52,586 nt of DNA from Chlorokybus atmophyticus (taxonomy: Eukaryota; Plantae; Mesostigma and Chlorokybus algae): contig RHPI01002990.1 in assembly GCA_009103225.1 (NCBI GenBank), positions 494,781 to 547,366 on the forward strand, given 5' to 3'. The position numbers and the translations under genes are program-made. This document shows, piece by piece, positions 38,235 through 49,815 of the stretch. The notes beneath the pieces were generated by a model. The model saw only the letters and a program-made list of their open reading frames with translations. It was not told the origin of the DNA and made no database searches. The first letter of the stretch is position 1. Every line of letters begins with the position of its first letter.

Positions 38235-40169
38235 TCATCCATCTTGCGTCTGCCCTGCTGCTTGCTTTTCTTCTCTCCTACCCTCTCGCCCCTCTTTCCG
38301 CAAGCCCTTTGGAATGAACGGTTGGTGCTTCGCACAGGCAAATGCAGTTGCGATTGGCTCCAACGCCTGTGTGCGACAGTCAGTCACGAACCACAGTGAT
38401 TGAACTAAGTGATAGGTTTAACCAGTGGTGAGTTACGTGGTTCATGGCCTTTGCAGATGCTTCTTGATAGGCATTCGTGCATGCATGGGTGCGTGTGAGT
38501 GTGTGACTCGGTGTTGCTCTGAGCGGTGGGACAACGTTGCACTCTCAAGCGCGCAATGTGTTGGAGAGAAAGTTGTGGGTCTCCAACACATTGCAATGCG
38601 GCAAAGCACTCGTGCAAGACAAATACTGAACGATGCACATGCTTATGCAGCGCATGCATTTGCGCGGGCATACACAAGCCTCGCCTGGTTGTAAAGCTTC
38701 TGGTCTCGAACAAACTGGTCGAGGGCAAGTCCTGCGGTGTTCAACCGGCTCGCTGCGTCATCTGCCACATGCACGACAAGTTGTCACAGAAAAGATTTCG
38801 AATTTTGAGCGTGTGTGCGTGTTATTCAAGCGCAATGCATTCATGCATGCATGCATACTTCATATACACGCAACGCATGCGCCGGATGGACGCCAAAGCC
38901 TAAGCCGGATCCTCCCCCGCCCCCACCGACACGCTGGTGATGTCAAACGGCTTCTCGTTGGGTTTGTAGTCTTTGAGGGCGGCTTCCAGGTTGTTCAACG
39001 GGCAAGGCANNNNNNNNNNNNNNNNNNNNNNNNNNNNNNNNNNNNNNNNNNNNNNNNNNNNNNNNNNNNNNNNNNNNNNNNNNNNNNNNNNNNNNNNNNN
39101 NNNNNNNNNNNNNNNNNNNNNNNNNNNNNNNNNNNNNNNNNNNNNNNNNNNNNNNNNNNNNNNNNNNNNNNNNNNNNNNNGCCGTGACGGTATTACACAG
39201 CCACAAAGAGACACACAGCAACGACAACCATCACCCACCCACCTACCCAAGCACTCCGGCGCCTCCTTCAGCACCTGCCTGCACGTCGCTACACCGCCGC
39301 CATCCGCCGCCGCTGCCGCCATCACAATGACGACAATTAATGCACAGTCGCCAGCGTTCAATGCGAAACATCATCATGCAGCGCGTCGGCCTTGCCGCAA
39401 ACGGACAACGCGCATGGTCGGGGTTTAACAGCCGTTACGCGTACATGCATACGCACACCATCGTCGGCACGGTGCCTTGTGGCGGTGCGCGTCGGTGGCG
39501 GCGGCGGCGGCGGCGGCAAAGTAGGCGCAGGAGGAGGCAGAGGCGCAGCACGCGGAGGAAGATTTTGGTGAAGTAGGCGTCGTTGGCGTCGCCGTCGGCT
39601 TCCAGGCGCCCTTCCCTCCGCCTGCGTCGACGCTTGATCTAGCGCACGCCCCCTCTTCTGCTGCACATCGACAAGGCTGGTAGGTACAACATGCAAACTT
39701 GCTGCTTGTCGGACTGTGCATACACACAAAATTTTGCAGTGCAAAGCAATGCATTCTAGTGCTCGAAGGGCGCAGAACTAGGACCAAGCATCCAGGACCA
39801 CCAAGCAACCAAGTAGTACATCACATAGGTGCGGTTATAGGCCTCGCACTCACGGTTGCTACTCACATGTCCACCTACTGTATGCCCCCCACATCGCGAC
39901 TGCAACTGCAGCAATACCAGACCAGTACACTTTGCCCCTGCGTCATCAATTCACCTCAACATCAATTGGTCTGCCTCATCATCCTATCACAATTGCTCAC
40001 CTTCCTTGCTTGCCATTCTTGGTCTCGTCTTGCAACATCCCTTCATGTGCCAGCCAAGTGGATTACCAGCATCCTCCTTCTCAGCATCACCATAGTTATT
40101 AAGACCGCAGCCCCCCAGGATGACGGCGATATCGGCGGTGCTGGAGAGCATCGATCTGCTTCGCGCCAT
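38235..40169 (-). CDS. Hypothetical protein, 5 phase-compatible exons, one intron spanning an assembly gap
   Basis: MARSRSMLSSTADIAVILGGCG..|AEEGAC..CCASASSCAYF..AHRHKAPCRRW|QVLKEAPECL|DDAASRLNTAGLALDQFVRDQKLYNQ|ALEPIATAFACAKHQPF..QDG*. Splice phases are consistent, but no family was recognised. Confidence 0.45.
38925..39009. repeat. 85-bp exact duplicate of a gamma-COP exon segment (32913-32997), abutting an N gap
   Basis: Identical sequence accgacacgctggtgatg...ttcaacgggcaaggca. Confidence 0.95.
39010..39180. other. Assembly gap
   Basis: Run of N. Confidence 1.
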
Positions 40170-40208
40170 CGTCTCTGCGCTAAGTCCGTGTGACCGCGCG
40201 CGCGTTGC

Positions 40209-41391
40209 ATGCGTGAACAGGACGTGGAGGCGGGCGACGCAGGCGGCGGAGGAGGAGTACTACAGGTAGGGGTTTGGTTGTGTGGTGTGTGTTAAATTCT
40301 GTGTTGTAGCATTGGTGTGATGCATGCGCTGGTGTGTTCAGCAGTGGACAGTATGCGCGCATGCTGGATGTGCTAAACATGTAAGGTCGGAGTTTGGTTG
40401 TGTTCAATGATATGTGGTGTGTACACGTATGAGACGTTCGCATACATGTACTCATAGTCGCTCATGCTTGCTCGCTTCACATACACATACACACGCGTGA
40501 CCACTTGCAGGAGACGCATGCATGTGGGTGCGCATGCACGTATGCGGACAGCATGTCACGTGTTGTGCAGTGTCGTCAGCGCGTTGCAGTGCTGCGCTTA
40601 CTGTTGGGCAGAGTTCTTGTATGCATGTGTGAAATGTAAATTTTACAATGACAACAATCACAATGTATCATTGTTGCAGGTGCCAGTGGCCGGCGTGGCA
40701 GGAGGGGCTGAAGCTTCATGTGGGCGCGTGTTACAGCCATATCAACACATTGAAACATTTTCGATCCCAAGCCTTACCAGAAGGCTTCTTCCTGGCCTTC
40801 TGTCTGATGCACCGCAAAGACGGCCAGTTGTTGTTCGTGCCGAAGCCGTACGAGGACTGTTGGACCCCAACATGGGCCCGCGGGGCCAACTTTGAGTACA
40901 TCAACCAATACGTGAAGCCCACACATGGCGCCGTGCACGCTCCCGCCGCAGAGGCAGCGCGCATAACTTTTGTACAAGAGTGCGAGTTTGAGGTGTTCAC
41001 CGTGCGTGTGTCCGATGGGGAGGTGTATCACGCTCGCCAAGAGTGTTGTTTTGTTGAGGCTAGGATGCGCTGCGTGAACCTCATTGGAGGGGGCATCTAT
41101 CATGTTGTGTCGGGGGAGAGTGACGCACACAACAACATGCGGAGATGCATGGGCGTGTACGGGTTGTACTTCAAGAACGCTGAAGTGAGAGAAGTCGTTA
41201 GTGAAGGTGATGCAGAGGAGGAAGAGGAGGAGGAACAACAGGAGGAGAAGAAGGTGGTGTTGCACCGTGCGCACTGGCTACTACGTGATTCCAAAGAGCA
41301 GAGTTCAGTGCCGGCTCCCATTGCTGATGCAGTTGCAGGTGCTTCTAGTGCTACTGCTCCACCGGGCACGTGGAGTATGGTTAGGATCTGA
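40209..41391 (+). CDS. Hypothetical protein with a degenerate MYND-like Cys/His N-terminus and an unknown C-terminal domain
   Basis: The last exon (about 40680-41391) is open for about 236 codons with coding-like composition. Short upstream exons give CAHAGCAKH..C..CCAYC..CQWPAWQEGLKLHVGAC, which resembles a MYND finger. The small-exon boundaries are uncertain. Confidence 0.55.
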
Positions 41392-41489
41392 TCATCAGCC
41401 TGTAAGCGGTTGGGTTGGTGTGTACAGTGTACTGGGTGGGCAGCTACGCATGCTAGCATATCAGTGTGTAGTATTGTGTGTTGGGGGGN

Positions 41490-41690
41490 CTCGCTCCTGC
41501 TTCTACACTTCCCGCGCCTGCGCCTTGTGTGGTCCCGCAGTCTGCATGCCACCGCAGACATGTTTGTGCTGCTCAAGTCAAATCAGGCATGCTGTGCTAC
41601 TACTATGTTGTTCTATGTGCATTGAGTGTGACGTGCCATCACAGACAAGCGCAGACTAATTGTGACACACATGATCTTGCTGGCTGCAGG
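41490..41690. repeat. 201-bp exact inverted duplicate of an XPF exon plus intron segment (43540-43740)
   Basis: Identical reverse complement. It starts immediately after a single N (41489) and is flanked by G runs. Confidence 0.95.
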
Positions 41691-43169
41691 GGGGGGGAAC
41701 CGTCGATTGTGTTGTAAGGTGTTATTTGCTTTCCGGATTGTTGTTTGTGAGAGCACATGGTGGTCTCTCAAACAGCATGTCAATCGCTATTGTCCAACTT
41801 CATTGCGGCGAGTTGGTGGAACAGATGGTGGGGACTGCACAGAACAGAAGCATCACTGCTAGGACTATTTGTGAAACCCTTCTTGTGCCAGCAAGCAATT
41901 TGCTCCAAGTTGCGTAGAGAGAACGAATAGTGTTGTGTATGAGATTGACTACTTCTGCTGCCTGCCATAAAACAGGTCTTGAAATGTTGATGCTGAGTAT
42001 TGTGTTTCATTGTACTGGTGACATGCTGTGTACAAAAGATGTGGAGTATACTTGCGCTTTCCGGTTCCGGCACCGCTGTCTGTGTGCGTATTCAAGTATG
42101 CATAGTCCAATTGTACACAGAGCACCACTGCCGACCTCAAACACGCCGTCCACCACAAAACTAGGCGTCATCGACTCGCCGTACGCACGCTTTGTCCGCG
42201 TGTGTACGTATAGGCCCACTTCGTGACGGCTATGGCGGAACTGCTGTCGGCCATGCAAAGCGATCGAATGAAGAAGCTGCTGGCGAAGTTGCATTAAAGG
42301 CTAGGACGAAGTGACGCGTATGTGTGCTGTACACCATTGAAGCTGCTGTACATGACAGTGGTGACGAAACTGCAGCGACAGATTGCCTGCCTGTACGCAA
42401 GTGAAGGACGTGACACATGCATGGGGAGTAGGCTGTTGGTAGTGCAGCTTGCCCATGCTACGACGATGAAAGGCCAACCCCACCACCTAACCCCACTGGC
42501 AGCGCCTAACCGGCACATGCAACAGCTGCTAGTACGACAGCACCGATGCCGACAGGGCAGGGCGCAAGGGCAGGGCGCAGGGAAAACTCTTATGTCGATT
42601 ACACGCAATACACAAGGAGGTCCGGGTTCTGTCCATGCCTAACAAACACAGCAGGTAACCAAAACACAGGACGCAACTCAACGCAGGGGCGGGGCAGAGG
42701 GGCGGGGCTGAGGGGCCCTCAGCCAGGGTTACAACATGCACAGCTGCGTGGGAATGGCGGGAGGGAGGCTGTGGGTGAAGGAGAACTGGAGAGGGAGAGT
42801 GGAAGTCCGTCTGCTGCTCATGCTCCTGGCTGCAGAAAAGAAATGCAAGACTAACTGACTGCACACGCGTGCAGGTAATGAGCAAATGCATGCATGTATG
42901 TCTGATGGGGTTGAAGGCAATTACAACAGTCACGTGTGACTAGTGTAGGTAGACCCCGGTGGTAAATACATTGCATGATGATGAGCTTGGTGAACACTGC
43001 ATGTGTCATGCATGTCGCATGTATCATGATCACTTGCACTTTCTGTACACACATCCATGTGCGAGATGCACGCATGTGCAATCATACCCTCACGTGCTCA
43101 TACTTATCATCCACGTAAAAGCCATGTCGCAAGGCCAGCAAACATTGCATCATCAGCTTGAACCCCAAT

Positions 43170-46100
43170 TTAGCCTGCCATGGTGCATTCCTGGTCCAAA
43201 AACTCCTTGAGCTTCCTGGCTTGAACGCTACTCGCCAGCAGTTCCGTCAGCTGTTCCAGCGACATGTCCGCCAGGTCAGCAATGCTGCGGCACTTGCTCA
43301 TCACAGCGTGGTAGTTTGCATTCGTGATCCCAGGCAAGCGACGCAGCATTTCCTGCGCACAGACAAGGAGCAGGTTGGTTCACAATGCCTCATCACGAGA
43401 TTGAGAAGCGCCATGGTTTGATTATCAAGCTGTCTTGCCTGAGCTGCATTATTATAAACCTCCTCTTTCTCATCAAACTCCGGCCCGAGGGTCTCACTAG
43501 GGACTCCAATAGCAGCAGCAGCTTTTGCATCTGGCTCATCCTGCAGCCAGCAAGATCATGTGTGTCACAATTAGTCTGCGCTTGTCTGTGATGGCACGTC
43601 ACACTCAATGCACATAGAACAACATAGTAGTAGCACAGCATGCCTGATTTGACTTGAGCAGCACAAACATGTCTGCGGTGGCATGCAGACTGCGGGACCA
43701 CACAAGGCGCAGGCGCGGGAAGTGTAGAAGCAGGAGCGAGAGTCTGGACAGCACCGAGTTGGAATCAATCTCTTCTCGTATCTCGTCACGCGACACGAGT
43801 GAGAACCCGCGCTCCTGCTCAAACTCTATCAACAGTACAGGGATGTTGTAGTGGCGACACATCGCCTCAGCCTGTCATAAGAGAGTTCTCAGCAGGTGAT
43901 TATGCTGAAGCAGTGGTGCAGAGACTGATGCACTTGTACCATACCTGGTTGTACAGGCGGCCGCTCTTGAGGGAGCTTATTAGGTCAGGCACCGCCTTGC
44001 GTTCGACGCACATCTCTGGTGAAAGAATGTAATCGCCTACTTCTAACGTTACTGGTACAACCTGCCACACGCAAGACGTAAACAGTCAATGCGCAATAGT
44101 CTGTAGGTATGCATATGTAGGACAGTCCCATACTCAAACGAGCGAAGGACCAGAAACTAACTACCTATCAGTGTGTGCATTGGTGTAACAGCACAAGGAC
44201 CCACCAGCAGGCCCTGTTGATGCAGGACCGACGGTAAACTACTCATAAACTCGCGCATGTCAACCACTATCTGTGGCTGTCGAGTGCTTGCTGGGCGCAC
44301 TCCACCTCTGCGTGATGACGAAGATGGAGCCTGCATGAAGTAACACAAGGATTAGACCACATACACGTAGAGAATGCTGTTGTACTACACACGCGAGAAG
44401 AAACACTTATAGCAAGCAAAACCAAACAAAACAAAGCGGGCATACCGGCAATGCTACTATGCCTGTCGCGCTGTGGATGGATTGTGGTTCAGACAGTAGT
44501 CTCAGCTTCTCTGTGGTGGGCAGCATCATAATGCTTTTCTGCCTTATGAGGTTCTCAAACGCATGCTTCTCGCGCTTGATGCTGTGCAGAAACTTGAATT
44601 GCTCTGCCGAGTTCTTCACAGCAACCAAAGGACATCAGTGCTGCGCAAGAACACAAGCGCACGGAAAACACAAAAAAATGTCATGCATGCACCTGAACAT
44701 TGAGCTTATGTTACAGGAAACAGGTGGCAATACCTCATAATCAATGAAATAAATTCGCAATGGGACACCTCTTCGCTCAGCATGAAACACCTGCATGTCC
44801 ATGCATCCTAAGATAAATTAATACGCATAACAGACACATGCACACAAGCTGATGCAACTGTGTATCAGAAGTGTGGACAACGGCGACAACAACGACAACG
44901 ACATCCACAACCACCACAACCACAACCATAACCTACCTCAAGCTGGCGGATGACTTCGACGTCAGGGTCATAGAGGACGACAAACACTGGCTGGACAACA
45001 TCCAAGTCGTATGCGTGACGCTCGATAGCATGAAAATGCACTTGCTCCAAAAATTCCCCAAAGGAGTCATCTTCCTGGTTTGAAGTGGAAGGCCCTTTAT
45101 CTTTGTCATCCGCACTGTCCTCCTCCTCATCGTCCATGTTTTCCAGTTCAATAGGGTGGGACTCGAATCCTGCTCATAATATGCCCAATTGTGCACATAA
45201 GCAAGCACATTGAGACAAACAGACTACAAGTAAATACTACTTTCACAAGACTACTGCAAGAATCCTGCATACATGCATTACGCACATGCATAGAACACGC
45301 AACACGGAAGAGTATGTGATAAGCAGTACAGCACAGGTTGAGGTCTTACCATCGTCACGGTCATTGCTCTGACCATGAGACTGTCCCTGCCCTCTTCCAC
45401 GGCCATACCCGCGAGAGGAGGACCCGCGTCCTCCGCGTGCACGCCCACGGCTGCGCCCGCGCCCACGCCCACGCGGGGCACGAACACGTCTACGCTGCCG
45501 CATGGCTGCCAGCTTGGGCTGATAGTTGACATACTGCTTGAAGAGGGCCTTCATGAGCCCCGCAGGACCCTTCTGCATGCACTGCTCAAGCTGGATGCGC
45601 GTGTACTCGTCGCGCGTGAGCACGAGCACCGCGCCATCGGCGGCGGCTTCAGAGTTCTCCTGCTCTTCTTTGATCTCCAACAGTATGCTCCTTACTTCCT
45701 TCCACTTGGGCTGCTCTTCAAGCTGCGCCTCCATCTCTAAAGCCTGGCCTTCGGGAGGGAGAGTGAGCGGTATGTCATCAGGATCTCCGAGACCATTGAT
45801 TGTATCCAAGGCTTTATCGGTCTTGCGCTTTTTGGTTTTGGGCTCAGCATCCGCGTCCTGAGCACGCACAAGCACATACACACGCTGGCGTGCGTACTCA
45901 AAGATCTCTTGCGCGGCGCGACTGCTCATCCACGTGGAGTCATATGACTCATACACCCGCAAGCGGTCCAACTGTGCCAGGAACGACACTGCATCATACC
46001 TGACAACAGAAACAAACGACGCATAACAAATGAAATCATCATGCACACATACTCAACTGAACATCAACCACCTACCTGAGCAGGCAATCAGACAATTCGC

Positions 46101-47874
46101 GTACACGGCGAAGGTCAGCAACAAGCTGCCTGTAATTCAGATTGTCAGCCAGTTGGTTTGTATGACACATAGCATGTCAACAGATGGTAGAACTGATTGC
46201 GTGCAAGTTGGTTGGTGGCAGTGCTCCCACATGAGTACAGATTGCCTGCACCATCACTGGCTACGTGTACACGCACTGCATGCTGGAGAGGCGTATTGAT
46301 AGTTTTCGAATTGTGACACAAACCTGGTGTGGCGTCCAACCGTATGCCATACAGGGTCCAACTGGCGGCGTATGGTTTCATCAAACGCCTTGAACAGGCC
46401 GTTCTCTACTGTCAAGTCCGTAACATCCACAGCGTTGCACCGGCGCAATTCCTTCAAGAGGGTCTCCAGGACCTCCAGAGAAGCTGCGTGAATGCGCTGC
46501 ACAGCCAGAAATGCCTTCACGAAGTGTCAACAGCAACTGGACGATGCAGTAAACACATAATTCGTCTAGAACAAACCTGCATGTATGGGGTGAGCTGCAG
46601 ATGCACTTCAATGACTTCTGGCGGGCGCAAGTCCAATACATCTTGAACCTGCAGAACAGCATGTTTTATCCCAGGTGTATCAAATACACATGTACCAACA
46701 CACAGATCAAACATTCAGCAAGCGCAGCGACATCCTCACGACTTGCCTAAAACTTGCCTGTACTTTGAAGCGAGGCCACAAGTATAGACGTCGCACGAAC
46801 AAGTTGCGCAGAATGCGCTCAACCTGCCAACATGCAGACAGTTGACACCCATGCAGAAGCCGAGGAGACGTGCAGTGCAGATCAGCTGGCATACCGTGTT
46901 GAACCCAGCGTTGAAAGCATATGGTGAGTCCGACAAAGCACGCACAGTTCCTTCGGGCTTGCCAGCTTTGTAGAGCCGAAGTATGAAAGCTTCTGAACTC
47001 GTGTCATTTACCTGGTGCAAACACACAACAACAATGCAGCTGTGGAATTTGAATAGTCCAGCATGCCTCGCAAACATGCATACCCTGTGGGCGTTGGACA
47101 CAATAATGCCGGCAATGGATTCTGGTGCTATGCGGCTGTTAAGCAAGTCCACAACAAGGATGCGGGACGTAATGATGATCACGCCTCCGGCCTGGTAGAT
47201 TGACAAGCGCTCTGGAGCCAAGAACTCATTGTTGATGTCGTGCGGGAGCTCTGCTGCTGCATCTTGATGCTGCAGCTCCTGCACGCATGCATGCAGTTGA
47301 TGTCCAGCTCTGTTGCACACGTATGCAATCGCTTGGTGACACAATGACGTTGGTGCGAGCGCAATCATTGTGTTGCGTACCCTCCGCAAAGCAACTCGCT
47401 GGGCTTCGCTTATGTTCACCAGCAGCAATACGCCTTGCTGTTTGCTGGAGTGATGGAGTCGCACCAATGCCGCTAGCACCTACCATTACCAACCTGAAAT
47501 GTTGTTGACCGCGCCAATGTCGTCATGCAAAATGAGATAACAACGTTTCACAGCACACTACACGCATCCCAAGTCAACATGCTGCGAGCAAAGGGCAGAG
47601 ATTGATGCCATTGCACAACTGCATGACAACTTGACTGGTTCCGTCTGAGAAGCAAAAAGCATGTGCTAAGCGTGCCATTGTGGCTGGCTGCTAGCATGCA
47701 AGCAAGCTAAGAGCATAACCAATGAACCTTAACGACATTGACACATTAGCATGAAATTTGAAACTATAAGTCAGTTGAACGCACCTTGTGCAGGCCCATG
47801 CCGGCTGCCATGACAACCAGGCCGTTCTCCTCCAGCAGCTCATCGAGCATGGCACGGTGGAACGCCAGCGCCAT
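43170..47874 (-). CDS. ERCC4: DNA repair endonuclease XPF / ERCC4 (UVH1/RAD1), about 16 exons
   Basis: [28 protein letters not shown]; [11 protein letters not shown]; EAFILRLYK; [12 protein letters not shown]; [12 protein letters not shown]; nuclease motif [26 protein letters not shown]; [14 protein letters not shown]; HhH2 region [11 protein letters not shown]. Confidence 0.97.
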
Positions 47875-49081
47875 GCTGCTCGACGCATGCTGAGCCCTCA
47901 CACAAGCCTTGCGAGCTACAGGCTGACGCTCAACCCCCCAATCAGCTGTTTGCAGCAGCACAGGCTAACAAGCATAGCATAACCAGCTTCATGTGAGCTC
48001 AAGCCTGAGCTCCTCGTTGCTCGGCCTGAATGCTTGCCAGTGCACCTCAGGAAGGTGGCTGTGCGTCTGGTCTGCTCAGGCCAGGTCACAAAGCTCTCCT
48101 AGCCGTCCACCTTGCTCTCTCCCTCTCTCACGCACGTCATTGATGTCCCGCCCCCGCCGCCCCCGCCGCCCCCGCCCCCGCCCGCAAGCAAATACAACAG
48201 CAGCGGTCGATCTAGTATGCCTTTGCACCTTCAGGGTGAGGCGGCGGCGCAGGAGGAGAAGGAGGAGCAGTTAGGAGGGTTGAAGCGGAGCAGAAGGTAG
48301 GAGGTTGTGCTCTGGCTGACAGGGAGAAGGTTGGGTTGATGGTCCCCAGCGGTTGAGCGCCGCAAGCAGTGGTGGAAGCTGAATTGAACCTTCGGCCGCT
48401 GGATTGAATGGGTTGAGCAGCAAGAAGGTGGGCATGCTCAAAGCGGATGCTCAATTCTGTGCTTTCCTCTCTGAGCGAGTGAGGAAGCACAGTAAGTTGC
48501 ATGCCTATTACCTGAGAGTACATTTGTGTGATAACAATAGACGGTCCACGACTGTAGACCAAACAAGCGACACTAGAGCCAAAAGCTTCATGCTCATCAG
48601 CTTCTTGATGCTTATGTTGCAGCTTTGGTGTGTAAAGACATGCATGAAGCGTCTTTGTCAGTGCGATAGTTCTGCGTGTCGCCTTACAGTTATCGTATGC
48701 CTGCGACATATACAGCGTTTGACGTTTCATGTAACACAATCCTACCAGCTTCACCCAAGTCTGACCATGTTGCTGCGTTACTCACTAGTCCTGCCATCAC
48801 TCAGCGCACATTTTGTTGAGCAAAGACTATGCGGTCCCGTACCGCTAGCGGTGCGTTACTTTTACAGTTGCGTACACTATAGTGGCAATGCATGTTGTGC
48901 ACAAGACGCCCTACGGCAGTGCATGCAAGCACACAGCAACCGGCCTGGTGTTGGAAGGGTTACAGCCTGGTGTAACTGATTGCACTTGTTTTCCACAGGC
49001 CATACATACTTGCTGCTCTGTAGAAATATCTTCAGCAGCTTTGGTGGGAAACGTTGTTGACTTCGTGTGACAACCGCAAAG

Positions 49082-49783
49082 ATGGTGGCAGTGCACACAA
49101 TGGCGTCGCCGGAAGAGTTGAGAGTAGCAGCAATTGGCGAGGTTGTTGCTGCCCTCGTTGCTGGGGTCAAGGTATGCCCAAAGATTTACTGTGTGCGTGT
49201 GCGTGTCACATGACTATCAACATGAAGACGTCATCATGCACTGGCTTGTTGCCATCAGGACAACCGCGATGTTGATCTCAATGCAGTCAAGTCAGCAGCA
49301 GCCAAGAAGTATGCGCTTGCCCGCGCTCCAAAGCTGGTCGAGATAATCGCCGCGGTGCCGGAAGAGTACAAACCGCAGCTGCTGCCGCGATTGAAAGCCA
49401 AGCCAGTGCGCACGGCATCGGGCATTGCTGTCATTGCAGTCATGTCAAAACCACACAGGTGAGAACTTAAAATACTATACTATATATANNNNNNNNNNNN
49501 NNNNNNNNNNNNNNNNNNNNNNNNNNNNNNNNNNNNNNNNNNNNNNNNNNNNNNNNNNNNNNNNNNNNNNNNNNNNNNNNNNNNNNNNNNNNNNNNNNNN
49601 NNNNNNNNNNNNNNNNNNNNNNNNNNNNNNNNNNNNNNNNNNNNNNNNNNNNNNNNNNNNNNNNNNNNNNNNNNNNNNNNNNNNNNNNNNNNNNNNNNNN
49701 NNNNNNNNNNNNNNNNNNNNNNNNNNNNNNNNNNNNNNNNNNNNNNNNNNNNNNNNNNNNNNNNNNNNNNNNNNNNNNNNNNN

Positions 49784-49815
<32 letters not shown>

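Noticed and set aside
47990-48300. Pro-rich and acidic ORFs upstream of XPF
   Set aside because: Low-complexity GC-rich promoter-type DNA with no coherent gene model.
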